A stretch of 64,000 nucleotides of DNA from Gammaproteobacteria bacterium (GTDB taxonomy: Bacteria; Pseudomonadota; Gammaproteobacteria; GCA-001735895), in the NCBI GenBank assembly GCA_050298595.1, contig JBNKUM010000085.1, positions 96,001 to 160,000 on the forward strand. Direction: 5' to 3'. The notes below the pieces were generated by a model, which searched no databases, was not told the DNA's origin, and worked only from the letters and a program-made list of their open reading frames with translations. Numbering within the stretch: position 1 is the first letter of the stretch; every line of letters starts with the position of its first letter. Position numbers and translations under genes: made by a program. Shown here one piece after another: positions 51,565-62,812 of this stretch.

Positions 51565-52558
51565 TCAGCTTCTTAAGAACTTCGGAAGCGGATCCATCAT
51601 CTATAACTTTAGCCGCCATTTCGACGCCCTGATGGTGCGAATCTGCAAGCCCGGAAACATAGATAGCAGCCCCTGCATTGAGGCAAACAATATCTCGTGC
51701 CGGCCCGGGCTGCTTATCAAATACCGAGTGAATCATCGCCAGGCTTTGCTCAACACCATCGACTCGAATGCCTTCGATATCGGCTATTTGCATACCAAAA
51801 TCCTGTGGAGAAATAGTATAGGTACTAACAACACCATCCTTCAGCTCGGCAACTTGAGTAGTAGTTGAAATACTGATTTCATCCATCCCATCATCGGCAT
51901 GCACCACCATCACATGACGGCTACCTAACTGCTTGAGTACCTGCGCCATGGTTTCTACCAGCTCGGCATCGAATACACCAATAACCTGATTAGGCGCTGA
52001 TGCAGGATTGGTCAAAGGGCCTAATACGTTAAATATGGTACGCACTGCCATTTCTTTACGCGGACCAATGGCATGACGCATAGCACTGTGATGTTTTTGT
52101 GCGAATAAAAAACCAACCCCTACTTCATCGATACAGCGCCCGACAGCCTCGGCATCTATATCCAGATTTACCCCTGCCGCTTCCAGCACATCGGCACTAC
52201 CTGATTTACTGGATACCGAACGGTTACCATGCTTGGCTACATGTGCACCTGCTGCGGCAGCGACAATAGCACTAGCAGTTGAGATATTAAAGCTACCCGA
52301 TGAATCACCACCAGTACCACAAGTGTCCACCAGATGATCTGAATGGGTTTCTACCCGAGTAGCGAGATCACGCATAACACTTGCAGCGGCAGTAATCTCA
52401 TCCACTGTCTCACCTTTCATACGCAGACCAATCAGAAAGCCACCAATCTGGGATGGCGTTGCCTCTCCGGTCATAATCTGCTGCATGACGCTCGCCATTT
52501 CCTCATGGCTCAGATCCTGTCTTGCAATAACTGCTTTAATCGCTTGCTGTATATCCAA
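51545..52558 (-). CDS. trpD: Anthranilate phosphoribosyltransferase
   Basis: [27 protein letters not shown] and GPLTNP motifs. Probable TTG start at 52558. Confidence 0.97.
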   Translation of the reverse strand: MDIQQAIKAVIARQDLSHEEMASVMQQIMTGEATPSQIGGFLIGLRMKGETVDEITAAASVMRDLATRVETHSDHLVDTCGTGGDSSGSFNISTASAIVAAAAGAHVAKHGNRSVSSKSGSADVLEAAGVNLDIDAEAVGRCIDEVGVGFLFAQKHHSAMRHAIGPRKEMAVRTIFNVLGPLTNPASAPNQVIGVFDAELVETMAQVLKQLGSRHVMVVHADDGMDEISISTTTQVAELKDGVVSTYTISPQDFGMQIADIEGIRVDGVEQSLAMIHSVFDKQPGPARDIVCLNAGAAIYVSGLADSHHQGVEMAAKVIDDGSASEVLKKLIEQTSV

Positions 52559-52562
52559 TGTG

Positions 52563-53156
52563 CTAGCCCTCAATCTTTGTATTCAGAAAATTCTGTAGTA
52601 AGTCATATCCATGCTCGGTCAGGATAGATTCAGGATGAAACTGCACGCCTTCGACTGCCAGGGTTTTATGCTTCACCCCCATAATCTCATCAAAACTTCC
52701 ATCCTCGAATTCAGTCCAGGCAGTGACTTCCAGACAATCAGGCAGACTTGAGTGTTGAATCACCAATGAATGATAACGTGTAGCTATGAATGGATTGTCC
52801 AGCCCTTTGAAAACACCGCTTGCATTATGATGAATCATTGAAGTTTTGCCATGCATAATTTCCCGTGCATGCACCACCAGTCCACCAAAAACCTGCCCAA
52901 TACTCTGATGCCCAAGACAGACACCCAGCAAAGGCTTAACCCCTGCCATAGCCTGAATCACCTGCATAGAGATACCTGCTTCATTCGGGGTACAGGGTCC
53001 GGGTGAAATCATAATATGGCTGGCATCATTATTTTTCACAAACTCAACGTCGACCTCGTCATTACGCACGACCTCAACATCAACCTTTAATTCACCCAGA
53101 TATTGCACCAGGTTATAGGTAAAGGAGTCATAATTATCGATCATCAATACTTTCAT
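52563..53156 (-). CDS. trpG: Anthranilate synthase component II (glutamine amidotransferase)
   Basis: [27 protein letters not shown] and QFHPES motifs. Confidence 0.95.
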   Translation of the reverse strand: MKVLMIDNYDSFTYNLVQYLGELKVDVEVVRNDEVDVEFVKNNDASHIMISPGPCTPNEAGISMQVIQAMAGVKPLLGVCLGHQSIGQVFGGLVVHAREIMHGKTSMIHHNASGVFKGLDNPFIATRYHSLVIQHSSLPDCLEVTAWTEFEDGSFDEIMGVKHKTLAVEGVQFHPESILTEHGYDLLQNFLNTKIEG

Positions 53157-54670
53157 GACTTAACACCCTCTCCCTCAACTAATTCTAAGGGATCTTTGGG
53201 AGTCAATCCCGACTCTGCAAGTGATACGGCACGAAAGATGGCGCGCCCCTTATTCATGGTTTCAGCCCATTCATTTTCTGGTACTGAATCATAGACAATC
53301 CCGGCACCAGCCTGAATATATAATTTTTTATCCTTGATCACGGCAGTACGAATGGCGATTGCTGTATCCATGTTACCACTCCATGACAGATAGCCCACCG
53401 CACCGGAGTAGATACCGCGTTTCACAGGTTCCAGCTCATCGATAATTTCCATCGCACGAATCTTGGGTGCACCGGAAACAGTTCCGGCAGGAAAGGTGGC
53501 TCTCAGCACATCCATTGCGGTTAAACCGTTTTTCAGTTTGCCAGTAACATTGGAAACAATATGCATCACGTGAGAGTAACGCTCGATGATCATCTTGTCG
53601 GTTAATTCAATACTGCCGGTTTCACTCACTCGGCCTGCATCATTACGCCCCAGATCGATCAGCATTAAATGCTCAGCCAATTCTTTAGGATCACTTAATA
53701 GTTCCCGTTCCAGCGCGCGATCTTCAGCCTCTGTATAACCTCTAGGACGCGTGCCTGCGATCGGTCTGACTGTTAACTCCCCCTGCTCCAGTCGCACCAG
53801 AATTTCTGGCGACGAGCCGACCACATAATGATCACCCAGATTCAAATAGTACATATAAGGAGAAGGGTTGAGCCCACGTAGCGCACGATATAAATTTAGC
53901 GGGTCTGAATTAAATGGAACGGAAAGACGTTGTGACAACACAATCTGCATCGCATCACCATCAATAATATACTGACGCGCCTTTTCTACCGCATCCATAT
54001 AGCCTTCGCGAGTGAATTCAGATTCAAAATCCTGCTCATTGACTATGGCCCCGTTTGACTGCTGCGGCACGTCGGCAGTATCCCGCTGAATTTTATTCAC
54101 CAACTGTTCCAGCCTTACCTGCCCGCGCTGATAGGAGCCCCGCTCATTCGGATCGGCATAAACAATGATATACATACGCGATGCCAGGTTATCGAAAACC
54201 ACCAACTGATCACTTAGCATTAACAGGATATCAGGCGTGCCATGTTTGTCAGGATTAGGATTTTTGGCAAGTTTGGGCTCTACATAGCGAATAGTGTCAT
54301 ATCCAAAATACCCCACCAGCCCGCCATTAAAGCGCGGCAGGAAATCCAGCTCAACCACCTTGAAAGATTGCAGATAATCTTCGATATACTGCAATGGATC
54401 ATCCACCGTCTGCTGGTCAACAATCTGATCATAGGTTTGCAGAGTCACTTCATGATCATAAACCTTTAAATGGGTATGACAGCCCAGGCCTATGATGGAA
54501 TAACGCCCCCACTTTTCGCCACCCTGAACGGACTCAAAAAGATAACTATAGGGATTATTGGCAAGCTTAAGGTAAACGCTTAAGGGAGTATCTAGATCAG
54601 CAAACACCTCTTTAACCAGAGGTACGCGATTATAGGAATATTTTAATTTTTCAAATTGTTCCGGGTTCAT
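53153..54670 (-). CDS. trpE: Anthranilate synthase component I
   Basis: [33 protein letters not shown] and [10 protein letters not shown] motifs. Confidence 0.97.
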   Translation of the reverse strand: MNPEQFEKLKYSYNRVPLVKEVFADLDTPLSVYLKLANNPYSYLFESVQGGEKWGRYSIIGLGCHTHLKVYDHEVTLQTYDQIVDQQTVDDPLQYIEDYLQSFKVVELDFLPRFNGGLVGYFGYDTIRYVEPKLAKNPNPDKHGTPDILLMLSDQLVVFDNLASRMYIIVYADPNERGSYQRGQVRLEQLVNKIQRDTADVPQQSNGAIVNEQDFESEFTREGYMDAVEKARQYIIDGDAMQIVLSQRLSVPFNSDPLNLYRALRGLNPSPYMYYLNLGDHYVVGSSPEILVRLEQGELTVRPIAGTRPRGYTEAEDRALERELLSDPKELAEHLMLIDLGRNDAGRVSETGSIELTDKMIIERYSHVMHIVSNVTGKLKNGLTAMDVLRATFPAGTVSGAPKIRAMEIIDELEPVKRGIYSGAVGYLSWSGNMDTAIAIRTAVIKDKKLYIQAGAGIVYDSVPENEWAETMNKGRAIFRAVSLAESGLTPKDPLELVEGEGVKS

Positions 54671-54724
54671 AATAATGACTCAGCAAATAATTAATAGGCA
54701 ATACACAGTTAGGACGAGAGTGTT

Positions 54725-54793
54725 TCACCATCGCCAGCAGGTATATGCTTTAACATTAATTATTTGTTGGTCAGTCATCATGCTTCGAATCAT
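54725..54793 (-). CDS. trpL: Putative trp leader peptide (MIRSMMTDQQIINVKAYTCWRW)
   Basis: Short ORF ending Trp-Arg-Trp-stop 54 nt before trpE. Its first ATG directly follows the gph stop; alternative ATGs are at 54781 and 54778. Confidence 0.7.
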   Translation of the reverse strand: MIRSMMTDQQIINVKAYTCWRW

Positions 54794-55462
54794 TTAAAGG
54801 TATTGCGGTAATTCTGCAAAGGAATCTAACACAGCATCGGGATTGAAGCTACGAATATCTTCACCATGATTGTAACCATAACTCATACACACAATCTGGA
54901 ACCCCGCAGCTCTTGCGGCTTTCACATCGCTTTGTGAATCTCCTATCATGAGTGACTTCTGTGGATCGATAGACAGGCGCTCTGCCGCAGTCAATAACGG
55001 AAGAGGATCGGGCTTTTTGCGCGCAGTATCATCACCACAGATGATCACTTCAAAATATTCATAAATACTCAGATCGCGTAAAATCGGCAGGGTAAATTCA
55101 CCGGCTTTATTGGTCACACAACCTAATGTGTAGCCCGCGTTTTTCAGATAATCCAGGCCCGTGATTACGCCATCATACAGATGGCTGCGCTTTGAAGTAT
55201 TCTCTGCATACAGTTCACGGAATACAGCTAAAGCTTTCTGGTATAGCGCCTCTTCCGGCTCACCATCCATGGAATCAGTGAGTGCACGCTTTACCAGTCG
55301 CTCCACACCATTACCGACCCACTGCCTGACCGAGGCTTCACCACGTTCAGGCAAATCCAGAGCTTTTTGCATCTCGTCGACACAAAAAGACAGATCAGGC
55401 ACACTATCGACCAGCGTACCATCAACATCGATCAGGATCATGTCAGGTTTGCGCAGAAGCAT
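54794..55462 (-). CDS. gph: Phosphoglycolate phosphatase
   Basis: DVDGTLVDS, WVGNG, VTNK, KPDP and IGDS..D HAD motifs; between rpe and trpE. Confidence 0.95.
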   Translation of the reverse strand: MLLRKPDMILIDVDGTLVDSVPDLSFCVDEMQKALDLPERGEASVRQWVGNGVERLVKRALTDSMDGEPEEALYQKALAVFRELYAENTSKRSHLYDGVITGLDYLKNAGYTLGCVTNKAGEFTLPILRDLSIYEYFEVIICGDDTARKKPDPLPLLTAAERLSIDPQKSLMIGDSQSDVKAARAAGFQIVCMSYGYNHGEDIRSFNPDAVLDSFAELPQYL

Positions 55463-55468
55463 ACCCAC

Positions 55469-56155
55469 TTATACCGTTGCTAACTGCTCACGCATTTCAG
55501 CGACAATACTATTGTATTTATTCGCGTCACTGTCTTTAGCCTTACCAAAGATGCCCGAACCAGAAACAAACATATCAGCACCGGCAGCAGCGATTTCAGA
55601 GATATTATCGGCTTTCACGCCACCATCTATCTCAAGCAGAATGTCATAACCAGACTCATCGATCATTTTTCTCGCCTGGCGCAGCTTATCCAGAGTAGCT
55701 GGAATAAAGCTCTGTCCACCAAAACCAGGGTTAACCGACATCAGCAAAATCACATCCACCTTATCCATCACATAATCCAGATAACTTAATGGAGTTGCCG
55801 GATTAAACACCAGACCAGATTTACAGCCACTTTCACGAATCAATGAAAGACTTCGATCAATATGCTCAGAAGCTTCTGGGTGAAAAGTAATGTAGCTTGC
55901 GCCCGCTGCAGCAAAATCAGGAATAATACGATCTACAGGCTTCACCATAAGGTGCACATCGATAGGAGCAGTAACACCATGCTTTCTCAACGCTTCGCAA
56001 ACCAGCGGACCTATCGTCAGGTTTGGAACGTAATGATTGTCCATTACATCGAAATGAACCACATCAGCACCGGAAGCGAGTACATTGTCCACTTCTTCTC
56101 CCAGTTTCGCGAAATCAGCCGACAGAATTGACGGCGCAATCAAATAATCAGTCAT
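55469..56155 (-). CDS. rpe: Ribulose-phosphate 3-epimerase
   Basis: [32 protein letters not shown] and IDGG motifs. Confidence 0.98.
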   Translation of the reverse strand: MTDYLIAPSILSADFAKLGEEVDNVLASGADVVHFDVMDNHYVPNLTIGPLVCEALRKHGVTAPIDVHLMVKPVDRIIPDFAAAGASYITFHPEASEHIDRSLSLIRESGCKSGLVFNPATPLSYLDYVMDKVDVILLMSVNPGFGGQSFIPATLDKLRQARKMIDESGYDILLEIDGGVKADNISEIAAAGADMFVSGSGIFGKAKDSDANKYNSIVAEMREQLATV

Positions 56156-56292
56156 AACATTCCCCATTAGCGCTTAAAATTAGATCCGCGAATGTACACG
56201 AATCACGTGCAAATTTCAGCTCCTATATAAACAAATGCATACCTGCTTATAATAAAACGTTAAAATATCTCAAAATTTAAAAAGGTAGAACA

Positions 56293-56751
56293 ATGGCAAT
56301 TAATTTAGGTTTACACGCTATATCAATGATGATCTGGGTTGGTGGAATGTTTTTCGCCCATATGATTTTACGTCCAGCAGCAGTCAGTCAGCTTGAACCA
56401 CCCTTACGCCTGAATCTATGGCGTCATGTATTTAATCGGTTTTTCCCAGTAGTCTGGGCAATCATCTTAATCATCCCTATTACAGGTATCGGCTTAACTC
56501 ACCCTTACGGTGGATTTGCAAAAGCTCCTCTATATATACACATTATGACCGGACTAGGTACGGTTATGATCATGATTTTTCTGTATATTTACTTCGGCCC
56601 TTTTAAACGTCTCAAGCAACGACTGGACCAGAATGATATACCCGGCGCAGCCAAACAACTGAATCAAATTAGAATGCTGGTCGGGCTGAATACCTTGATA
56701 GGCTTTCTGACTATCGCTATTGCTACTGCAGGTAAGTATTACCTGACATAG
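56293..56751 (+). CDS. CopD/DUF4149-like four-TM membrane protein
   Basis: H....WVGGMFFA..LRP, FFP.VW and YIHIM motifs. Confidence 0.8.
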   Translation: MAINLGLHAISMMIWVGGMFFAHMILRPAAVSQLEPPLRLNLWRHVFNRFFPVVWAIILIIPITGIGLTHPYGGFAKAPLYIHIMTGLGTVMIMIFLYIYFGPFKRLKQRLDQNDIPGAAKQLNQIRMLVGLNTLIGFLTIAIATAGKYYLT

Positions 56752-56773
56752 CCGATAAATAAATGACTGGCAC

Positions 56774-56799
56774 AAAAAAACCGGGGTAACCCGGTTTTT
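56774..56799. terminator. Bidirectional intrinsic terminator
   Basis: AAAAAAACCGGG-GTAA-CCCGGTTTTT between convergent genes. Confidence 0.8.
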
Positions 56800-56821
56800 C
56801 CAACTTTAGATTTCGAAAATC

Positions 56822-57127
56822 TTACAGGCTACCAATATAAGCAGCCAGGTTCTCGATATCATCATCCGACAAACCCGCAGCCATAGCATTCATGGTTGGA
56901 TTTTGTCGAGTACCGCTACGGAAATTAGTCAGATTCTCCTGAACAAAAGCTTCATTCCTGCCTTTCAATGAGGGGTAGGTAGGTACTACACTGACACCTC
57001 CGGCACCATGACAACCGATACAGCCTTTAGCGGCAAAAGCAGACTTTCCAGAGGCCACATCACCAGCAAATACCTGACCAGAAGCAACAAGTGCAGATGC
57101 TAGAACTACAGATGAAAACAGATTCAT
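56822..57127 (-). CDS. Monoheme class I cytochrome c (c553/c4-like)
   Basis: Signal peptide, CIGCHG, YPSLKG, axial Met (PTMNAMA) and LSDDDIENLAAY. Confidence 0.93.
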   Translation of the reverse strand: MNLFSSVVLASALVASGQVFAGDVASGKSAFAAKGCIGCHGAGGVSVVPTYPSLKGRNEAFVQENLTNFRSGTRQNPTMNAMAAGLSDDDIENLAAYIGSL

Positions 57128-57270
57128 TAAACAACCCCCGAACTATAGTAGAACAACCACCACCAAAAATAATGGCTTGCTAAAGCAGCTCGGCATTGTT
57201 ACAAAGCCACCAGATTTTGTAAAGTCTACCAATATTAACTGAATAAAAGCTGAATACCGGTGCCCCAGCC

Positions 57271-57864
57271 ATGAATGATTTCAAAGAATTTAACCAAAAG
57301 ATTCGGCAGGATATTACTCTGCAAACCACACAGCGTGGACATACGCTTAACCTGAAAACCACCTGGGGCTTATTCTCACCAAAAACGATTGATGAAGGCT
57401 CCAGCATGCTGCTGAAATATCTAGAGATCGAACCCGATGATGACTGTCTCGATCTAGGCTGTGGCTATGGAATTTTAGGATTAAATATGGCGCAATGCGC
57501 TCCACAGGGAAAGACCCTGATGGTAGATAAGGATTTTGTAGCGGTGGAATATGCGGAAAAAAACTGTCGTCTGAATAATATTAATAATGCCGAGTGCCTG
57601 CTCAGCAATGGCTTTAACCAGATTCCACCACAAAAGTTTGACCTGATTGTTTCCAACATACCCGCCAAGGTCGGCAAGGAAATGTTGTATCTGTATCTGT
57701 TCGACGCGCTTAAATATTTAAAACCTGGCGGTTCATTTTATATTGTCACCATCACTGGACTAAGACAGTTTTTCAAACGTGGATTTACAGAAGTTTTCGG
57801 GCATTACGAGAAAATCAAACAAGGAAAAACCTATACCGTTGCCAGAGGCGTCAAGCAAAGGTAG
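57271..57864 (+). CDS. Small-domain (RsmC-like) SAM methyltransferase
   Basis: WGLFSP..IDEGS, LDLGCGYG and SNIP motifs. Confidence 0.85.
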   Translation: MNDFKEFNQKIRQDITLQTTQRGHTLNLKTTWGLFSPKTIDEGSSMLLKYLEIEPDDDCLDLGCGYGILGLNMAQCAPQGKTLMVDKDFVAVEYAEKNCRLNNINNAECLLSNGFNQIPPQKFDLIVSNIPAKVGKEMLYLYLFDALKYLKPGGSFYIVTITGLRQFFKRGFTEVFGHYEKIKQGKTYTVARGVKQR

Positions 57865-57890
57865 CACTTAAAACCATACATTGCTAAAAC

Positions 57891-57916
57891 AAAAAAGGCA
57901 GCCGAGGCTGCCTTTT
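57891..57916. terminator. Bidirectional intrinsic terminator
   Basis: AAAAAAGGCAGC-CGAG-GCTGCCTTTT. Confidence 0.8.
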
Positions 57917-57931
57917 AAGTTTCGATATTTA

Positions 57932-58471
57932 CTATTGTTGAGCTGCTGGTGCAGCAGGTGGCTGCTGAACAGGTGGTGGCTGATAGCCGTATTGGCCATA
58001 GCCATAGTATGGGTTTGAACCGTAAGGAGCAGGACCTCCCCATGGGTTTCCACCCCATCCTCTGTTACCCCATCCTCTGTTACCCCATCCATTATTACCC
58101 CAGCCGCCATTATTGTTGTAATAGTTACCCTGGTAATCACCACGACCATCGCCGTAGCCACTGCCATAGCCATAACTATTGCCACGCCAGTCGGTATTGC
58201 CATCAAAGTCTGAATCTGCATCCATGTTTGCTTTACCACGACCACTGAAATTCAGATCAAATGAACCTTCACCATTACCTGTGCCTCGCCCACGCCCTGT
58301 GCCGCGCCCAGATCCTCTTCCATCTCCATAATAATTACCATATCCATTACCATAACCATTGTAGTTACCATATCCGTATCCACTTCCATCGTTATTATCC
58401 CAGGCTGCACTGGCTGAAACAGAAACTCCCATACATGCTGCTATTGCAGATGCGATCAATATTTTCTTCAT
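57932..58471 (-). CDS. Sulfur globule envelope-like protein (Sgp type), G/Y/N/W-rich
   Basis: Signal peptide ending ASA-AW; GYG repeats; central GEGSFDLNFSGRG; WGGPAPYG.PYYGYG and a Pro/Ala tail. Confidence 0.7.
   Translation of the reverse strand: MKKILIASAIAACMGVSVSASAAWDNNDGSGYGYGNYNGYGNGYGNYYGDGRGSGRGTGRGRGTGNGEGSFDLNFSGRGKANMDADSDFDGNTDWRGNSYGYGSGYGDGRGDYQGNYYNNNGGWGNNGWGNRGWGNRGWGGNPWGGPAPYGSNPYYGYGQYGYQPPPVQQPPAAPAAQQ
58053..58097. repeat. 15-bp tandem repeat (GNRGW/GNNGW) in the Sgp-like gene
   Basis: CCCCATCCTCTGTTA twice, then CCCCATCCATTATTA. Confidence 0.85.
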
Positions 58472-58699
58472 CACTCAATCTCCAGTTTTTTAATGGCATT
58501 TACCATATTTTTTATTCATTGGGATTGCTATGCCGAGCTGATGAACTGCTTTCAGATAAGCAAAACACCCCTTGCAAGAGCTTTTATAACGCAACTCAAA
58601 AAAAGAAGCAAAGCCTCAATTTAATTTGAATGGCTTTAACAGTGGAAAAAAGCGGATTTAAATGGGAAAACCCCAGTGAAAAGATTAAAGAGAACAAGC

Positions 58700-59824
58700 T
58701 CAGGATAAAATATTTCTAGCCCTGGCTAAATTTTCCAGGGCATCCTTTACGTTGTCAGCAAGAAAATTGATATGCCCCATTTTTCGGCCAATGCGCGCCG
58801 CTTTCTTTCCATACAGGTGCAACTTCGCACGATCAATTTCAATGACTTCATCCCATGCAGGCTGTCCCTGGAGAGGCCAGACATTGCCCAGCACATTCAG
58901 CATGGCAACCGGGGTATGCAACTCCCCATTACCTGCAGGCAAACCACAAACCATACGAACCTGTTGTTCGAACTGTGAGCAATAACAGGCATCCAGGGTA
59001 AAATGCCCAGAGTTATGTGGGCGAGGAGCCACCTCATTCACCAGCAACTGCCCCGTGTTTGAGATAAAAAACTCAACCGCCAACACGCCACAATAATTCA
59101 AACCTCTGGCGATAATCTGAGCAGCCTGCTGTGCTTTTCCCTGTAATTCATCGTTAATATCTGCAGGGGCCACAGTTACATCCAGAATACCATTCACATG
59201 CTCATTCTGTGCCACAGGAAAACAAAAACATTCTCCCGTTTCGCTACGCGCCAGTACGACTGAAATTTCCAGTTTCAGATTGATACGCTGTTCCAGCACA
59301 CAGGGCGTATTCAGTGTTTTATAAGCTGCCGCAACCGACTCAGCATTCGGGCAAACAATCTGTCCCTTTCCATCGTAGCCCAGTGTGGCTGTTTTCAATA
59401 TTGCAGGATAGACAACCTCATCCACCTGGGCAAGATCAGCTTCAGATTCAATCGCAATAAAGGGCGAGGTAGCAAGTCCCAGAGACTGGATAAATCTTTT
59501 TTCAGAGATTCGATTCTGTGTAACCGCAAGTGCCTGAGCAGAAGGGTGAACCGGTAACTTGCTGGACAGATAATCCAGTGCATCAGCAGGTACATTTTCA
59601 AACTCGGTCGTAATCACAGCACAATGTTGAGCCATACGCTCAAGTGCTCGACGATCGGTATATTCAGCCTGAAAATGTTCAGTCGCCATGCTACCAGCTG
59701 GACTATGTGGATCAGGATCCAGCACCATAACTTCATAACCCATGGTTCTGGCGGCTGTGACAAACATACGGCCCAGCTGCCCCCCCCCAAGAATGCCAAG
59801 AGTACTACCTGGAAGAATAGCCAT
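58700..59824 (-). CDS. purK: N5-carboxyaminoimidazole ribonucleotide synthase
   Basis: GGGQLGRM, EFEN, GYDGKGQ, NEVAPRPHNSGH and GRKMGH motifs. Confidence 0.97.
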   Translation of the reverse strand: MAILPGSTLGILGGGQLGRMFVTAARTMGYEVMVLDPDPHSPAGSMATEHFQAEYTDRRALERMAQHCAVITTEFENVPADALDYLSSKLPVHPSAQALAVTQNRISEKRFIQSLGLATSPFIAIESEADLAQVDEVVYPAILKTATLGYDGKGQIVCPNAESVAAAYKTLNTPCVLEQRINLKLEISVVLARSETGECFCFPVAQNEHVNGILDVTVAPADINDELQGKAQQAAQIIARGLNYCGVLAVEFFISNTGQLLVNEVAPRPHNSGHFTLDACYCSQFEQQVRMVCGLPAGNGELHTPVAMLNVLGNVWPLQGQPAWDEVIEIDRAKLHLYGKKAARIGRKMGHINFLADNVKDALENLARARNILS

Positions 59825-59836
59825 GAGTGTCAGCCT

Positions 59837-60331
59837 TTAATCTTTTGGTGGTAAAACCATATCAAAAACACTACGTTTTTGATCTTCACGAAACTGTTCC
59901 AGCTTTTCACGCTGATCAGCATTGGTATTCGCCAGCAGAGCAACCGCAAATAAACCGGCATTGATCGCCCCTGCCTCGCCGATAGCAAAGGTTGCTACTG
60001 GTATACCCTTGGGCATCTGAACAATAGAAAGAAGGCTATCTTCACCTTTGAGGTATTTTGAAGGCACCGGAACCCCAAGCACGGGAACCGTAGTATGCGC
60101 TGCCAGCATGCCAGGTAGATGAGCTGCACCACCAGCACCTGCAATAATACAGGCCAGGCCTTCAGCACGCGCTGATTTGGCAAATTCAGCCAATAGATCG
60201 GGAGTTCTATGCGCAGAAACAACCTGTGCCTTATAAGGCACGCCAAACTTCTCCAGCTGTTCTACTGCAAGCTTCATGATGGGCCAGTCACTATCGCTAC
60301 CCATGACTACAGCGACTACAGGTTTAGTCAC
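59837..60331 (-). CDS. purE: N5-CAIR mutase
   Basis: [21 protein letters not shown] and SIVQMP motifs. Confidence 0.98.
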   Translation of the reverse strand: MTKPVVAVVMGSDSDWPIMKLAVEQLEKFGVPYKAQVVSAHRTPDLLAEFAKSARAEGLACIIAGAGGAAHLPGMLAAHTTVPVLGVPVPSKYLKGEDSLLSIVQMPKGIPVATFAIGEAGAINAGLFAVALLANTNADQREKLEQFREDQKRSVFDMVLPPKD

Positions 60332-60501
60332 GATATTTCTCCGGTAAACTCAGAAAAAACGGCGCATTCTACGCTGTTTCTTAACGAAAAAAACCCTTAA
60401 ATGGCTAATGCCTTGGTTTTCAGCGCATAATCTTATTCTAATCCATCATCTTTCGGAGTAAAATCTCGCTCCTTTTGCAGACTCAGATGAGCCAGATCAA
60501 T

Positions 60502-61386
60502 ATGTCTCAAGCGGTATACCAATCCAACATAGACAACTTGCCCCTGATTGCCAGAGGCAAGGTGCGCGATATTTACCAGATCGACGAACAACACCTACTG
60601 TTTGTCACCACCGACCGCATATCTGCTTTTGACGTCATCATGCCCGACCCGATTCCCGGCAAAGGTATTCTGCTTACTCAGATATCCAATTTCTGGTTCA
60701 AAAAATCTGCAAAACTGATTCCAAATCACCTGACTGATCTTGATCTGGCCGATTATGTCAGTGTCGAAGATTATGCGCTGTTGAAAGATCGCTCTGTCAT
60801 CGTCAAAAAGCTCAGACAACTGCCCGTAGAAGCCATCGTTCGTGGCTACATCATCGGTTCCGGCTGGAAGGATTATCTGGCTAGCGGTGCAATTTGCGGC
60901 ATCGAACTACCCGCTGGATTACAACAGGCCGAGCAATTACCACAACCGATTTACACCCCATCGAGTAAGGCCGAGGTTGGTGATCATGATATTAATATCT
61001 CATTCGATAAAACCGTCGAGCTGATTGGGCTGGAACTTGCTAATCAGATACGTGATGTAAGTATTGCTTTATACAAGATGGCGGCAGAGTATGCTCTGGA
61101 ACGAGGCATTATAATTGCCGATACCAAGTTTGAGTTTGGGCTGGATGAGAATAACCAACTGGTACTGGCGGATGAGGTGTTAACACCCGACTCATCGCGC
61201 TTCTGGCCACGACTTCAGTATCAGCCAGGCACCAGTCCGATGAGTTTTGATAAACAGTTTATACGTGACTATCTGGAGACTCTAGATTGGGATAAGACAG
61301 CTCCAGGGCCAGTGATACCGGCAGATATTCTGGAGAAAACACGTGCTAAGTATCAGGAAGCGTTTGAGATTTTGACGGAGCGATAA
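60502..61386 (+). CDS. purC: SAICAR synthase
   Basis: RGKVRDIY, DRISAFD, ADTKFEFG and DEVLTPDSSRFW motifs. Confidence 0.97.
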   Translation: MSQAVYQSNIDNLPLIARGKVRDIYQIDEQHLLFVTTDRISAFDVIMPDPIPGKGILLTQISNFWFKKSAKLIPNHLTDLDLADYVSVEDYALLKDRSVIVKKLRQLPVEAIVRGYIIGSGWKDYLASGAICGIELPAGLQQAEQLPQPIYTPSSKAEVGDHDINISFDKTVELIGLELANQIRDVSIALYKMAAEYALERGIIIADTKFEFGLDENNQLVLADEVLTPDSSRFWPRLQYQPGTSPMSFDKQFIRDYLETLDWDKTAPGPVIPADILEKTRAKYQEAFEILTER

Positions 61387-61516
61387 TTTGGTGCAGGCTA
61401 GCAACTGTCTTGTGTTGTTTCGCACATCGGAGCAATTAGGACCCTGCAGCCAACGAGCACGCGCCCAAAACTTTTCCCACGGTAAATCGCGCCTTATTTA
61501 TAACTACAAAGCGTTA

Positions 61517-62350
61517 TTAAGACGCGTGAAACCTGGTTTTTGGCAAAAAGCCTTTCCCTGTTGTGAGCAAAGCTGTAATCCAGTGAATTAGATCGGATAA
61601 ATGCCTGTGTGGAGGCCGTCTCTGACAATGTGACTTTTCCAGGTGTTTAATCATCGACTTCATCAAGCGCTTATTATCCGGTGAAAGTTCAGTAAAACGA
61701 GCACCATAGCCTTCGTGTCCATCAACCATGAATTTGTACACCACTTTAGCCCTGGATTTGATATCAAATGTAGTAGGAGCAGCATTTAGTATAAATTCGA
61801 GATTAATATCAGAATCGATCGGCAAATCTATATCTGCTGTTATGAATACTCCACTCTGCGAAATATTTCTGACTGTAGATTGTATCTTACCGTCGATTTC
61901 ACATGGGATATGTGCGGAATATCTCGGCTTAGCCTCCCACCAGCGGATGCGAGGATCCAGGTAAGCTATTCTGACAGCAGGTAAAAGCAGATAAGTAACC
62001 ATCGCAATATTCAACAGCCCGAATCCGATAAAGGATAGCAGCAACCATGCCTGATTGGTCTGATACAGCTCAATCAGGTAAGGGACATTGACGATAAAAA
62101 CCCAGGCTTGAACGGCTAAAAATACAAAATAACTCCATTTTTTTACCGCAAACAATGCTAATCCAGCAACTGGGAACAATAAGAAAAATTCAAAGTTAGT
62201 AATCATCGAGCCCCCATTATGTTCGATTACGACTCGAACAAACTCGAAGGGACTGATGTGCCAGTAAAAACTATAGAATACGATTTTAGTCAGGGGCTCT
62301 ATGAAGTGAAAAAAGGCTAATATTAGTAAAGGCCAGGGTTTGTTTTCCAT
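61517..62350 (-). CDS. Membrane protein with a C-terminal PilZ domain
   Basis: Four hydrophobic segments, then PRIRWWE..PRY, NISQSG and YGARF. Confidence 0.8.
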   Translation of the reverse strand: MENKPWPLLILAFFHFIEPLTKIVFYSFYWHISPFEFVRVVIEHNGGSMITNFEFFLLFPVAGLALFAVKKWSYFVFLAVQAWVFIVNVPYLIELYQTNQAWLLLSFIGFGLLNIAMVTYLLLPAVRIAYLDPRIRWWEAKPRYSAHIPCEIDGKIQSTVRNISQSGVFITADIDLPIDSDINLEFILNAAPTTFDIKSRAKVVYKFMVDGHEGYGARFTELSPDNKRLMKSMIKHLEKSHCQRRPPHRHLSDLIHWITALLTTGKGFLPKTRFHAS

Positions 62351-62407
62351 GATTCTATCTCCATAGTCTTGGTTAAACTCAAAAGCAGAGAGCTGTTTAG
62401 ACTTATC

Positions 62408-62812
62408 TTAAAGCTCCTTACTCACCACGCTTGACATAGCGCTCTCCACACCATCATTGTTAACAGCTGTCATACCAAAGTAATATGTTGTGCCAGTAAC
62501 TAAACCTTCGATAGTATATTCCGATAGATTTGCACCAACATCATCACTGTCGAGCAGTAAATTTACAACCTCATCTGAAGCATATCCATAATAGATTCTA
62601 TAGCCCAGCAGATCATTCAGAGGAGAGCCATCTGTATTTTCAGCCGGGGGGGTCCAGCTAAGGGTCGCCACACCAACATCAGCACCAACATCAGAACCAG
62701 CACCAACATCAGAACCCGAGGGCTCCGCACTGGAACCTGCGCCACAGCCGGATAAACATAAAGCTATAAACAAAATTGTTATCGATATAAAAATATTTTT
62801 CATCCTTGTCAC
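62408..62812 (-). CDS. Lipoprotein with a fibronectin type III domain
   Basis: Lipobox LSGC; LSWTPP.ENTDG..L.DL.GYRIYYG; YYF.MTAVN.DG.ES. Confidence 0.85.
   Translation of the reverse strand: MTRMKNIFISITILFIALCLSGCGAGSSAEPSGSDVGAGSDVGADVGVATLSWTPPAENTDGSPLNDLLGYRIYYGYASDEVVNLLLDSDDVGANLSEYTIEGLVTGTTYYFGMTAVNNDGVESAMSSVVSKEL

Noticed and set aside
57868-58629. Several overlapping ORFs with odd composition (57868-58245, 57949-58248, 58261-58629)
   Set aside because: They are alternative-frame shadows of the low-complexity Sgp-like gene.
61385-61430. CCTGCACCA on the minus strand after purC, resembling a tRNA 3' end or att site
   Set aside because: No T-loop (GTTCGA) or cloverleaf, no integrase and no second copy seen.
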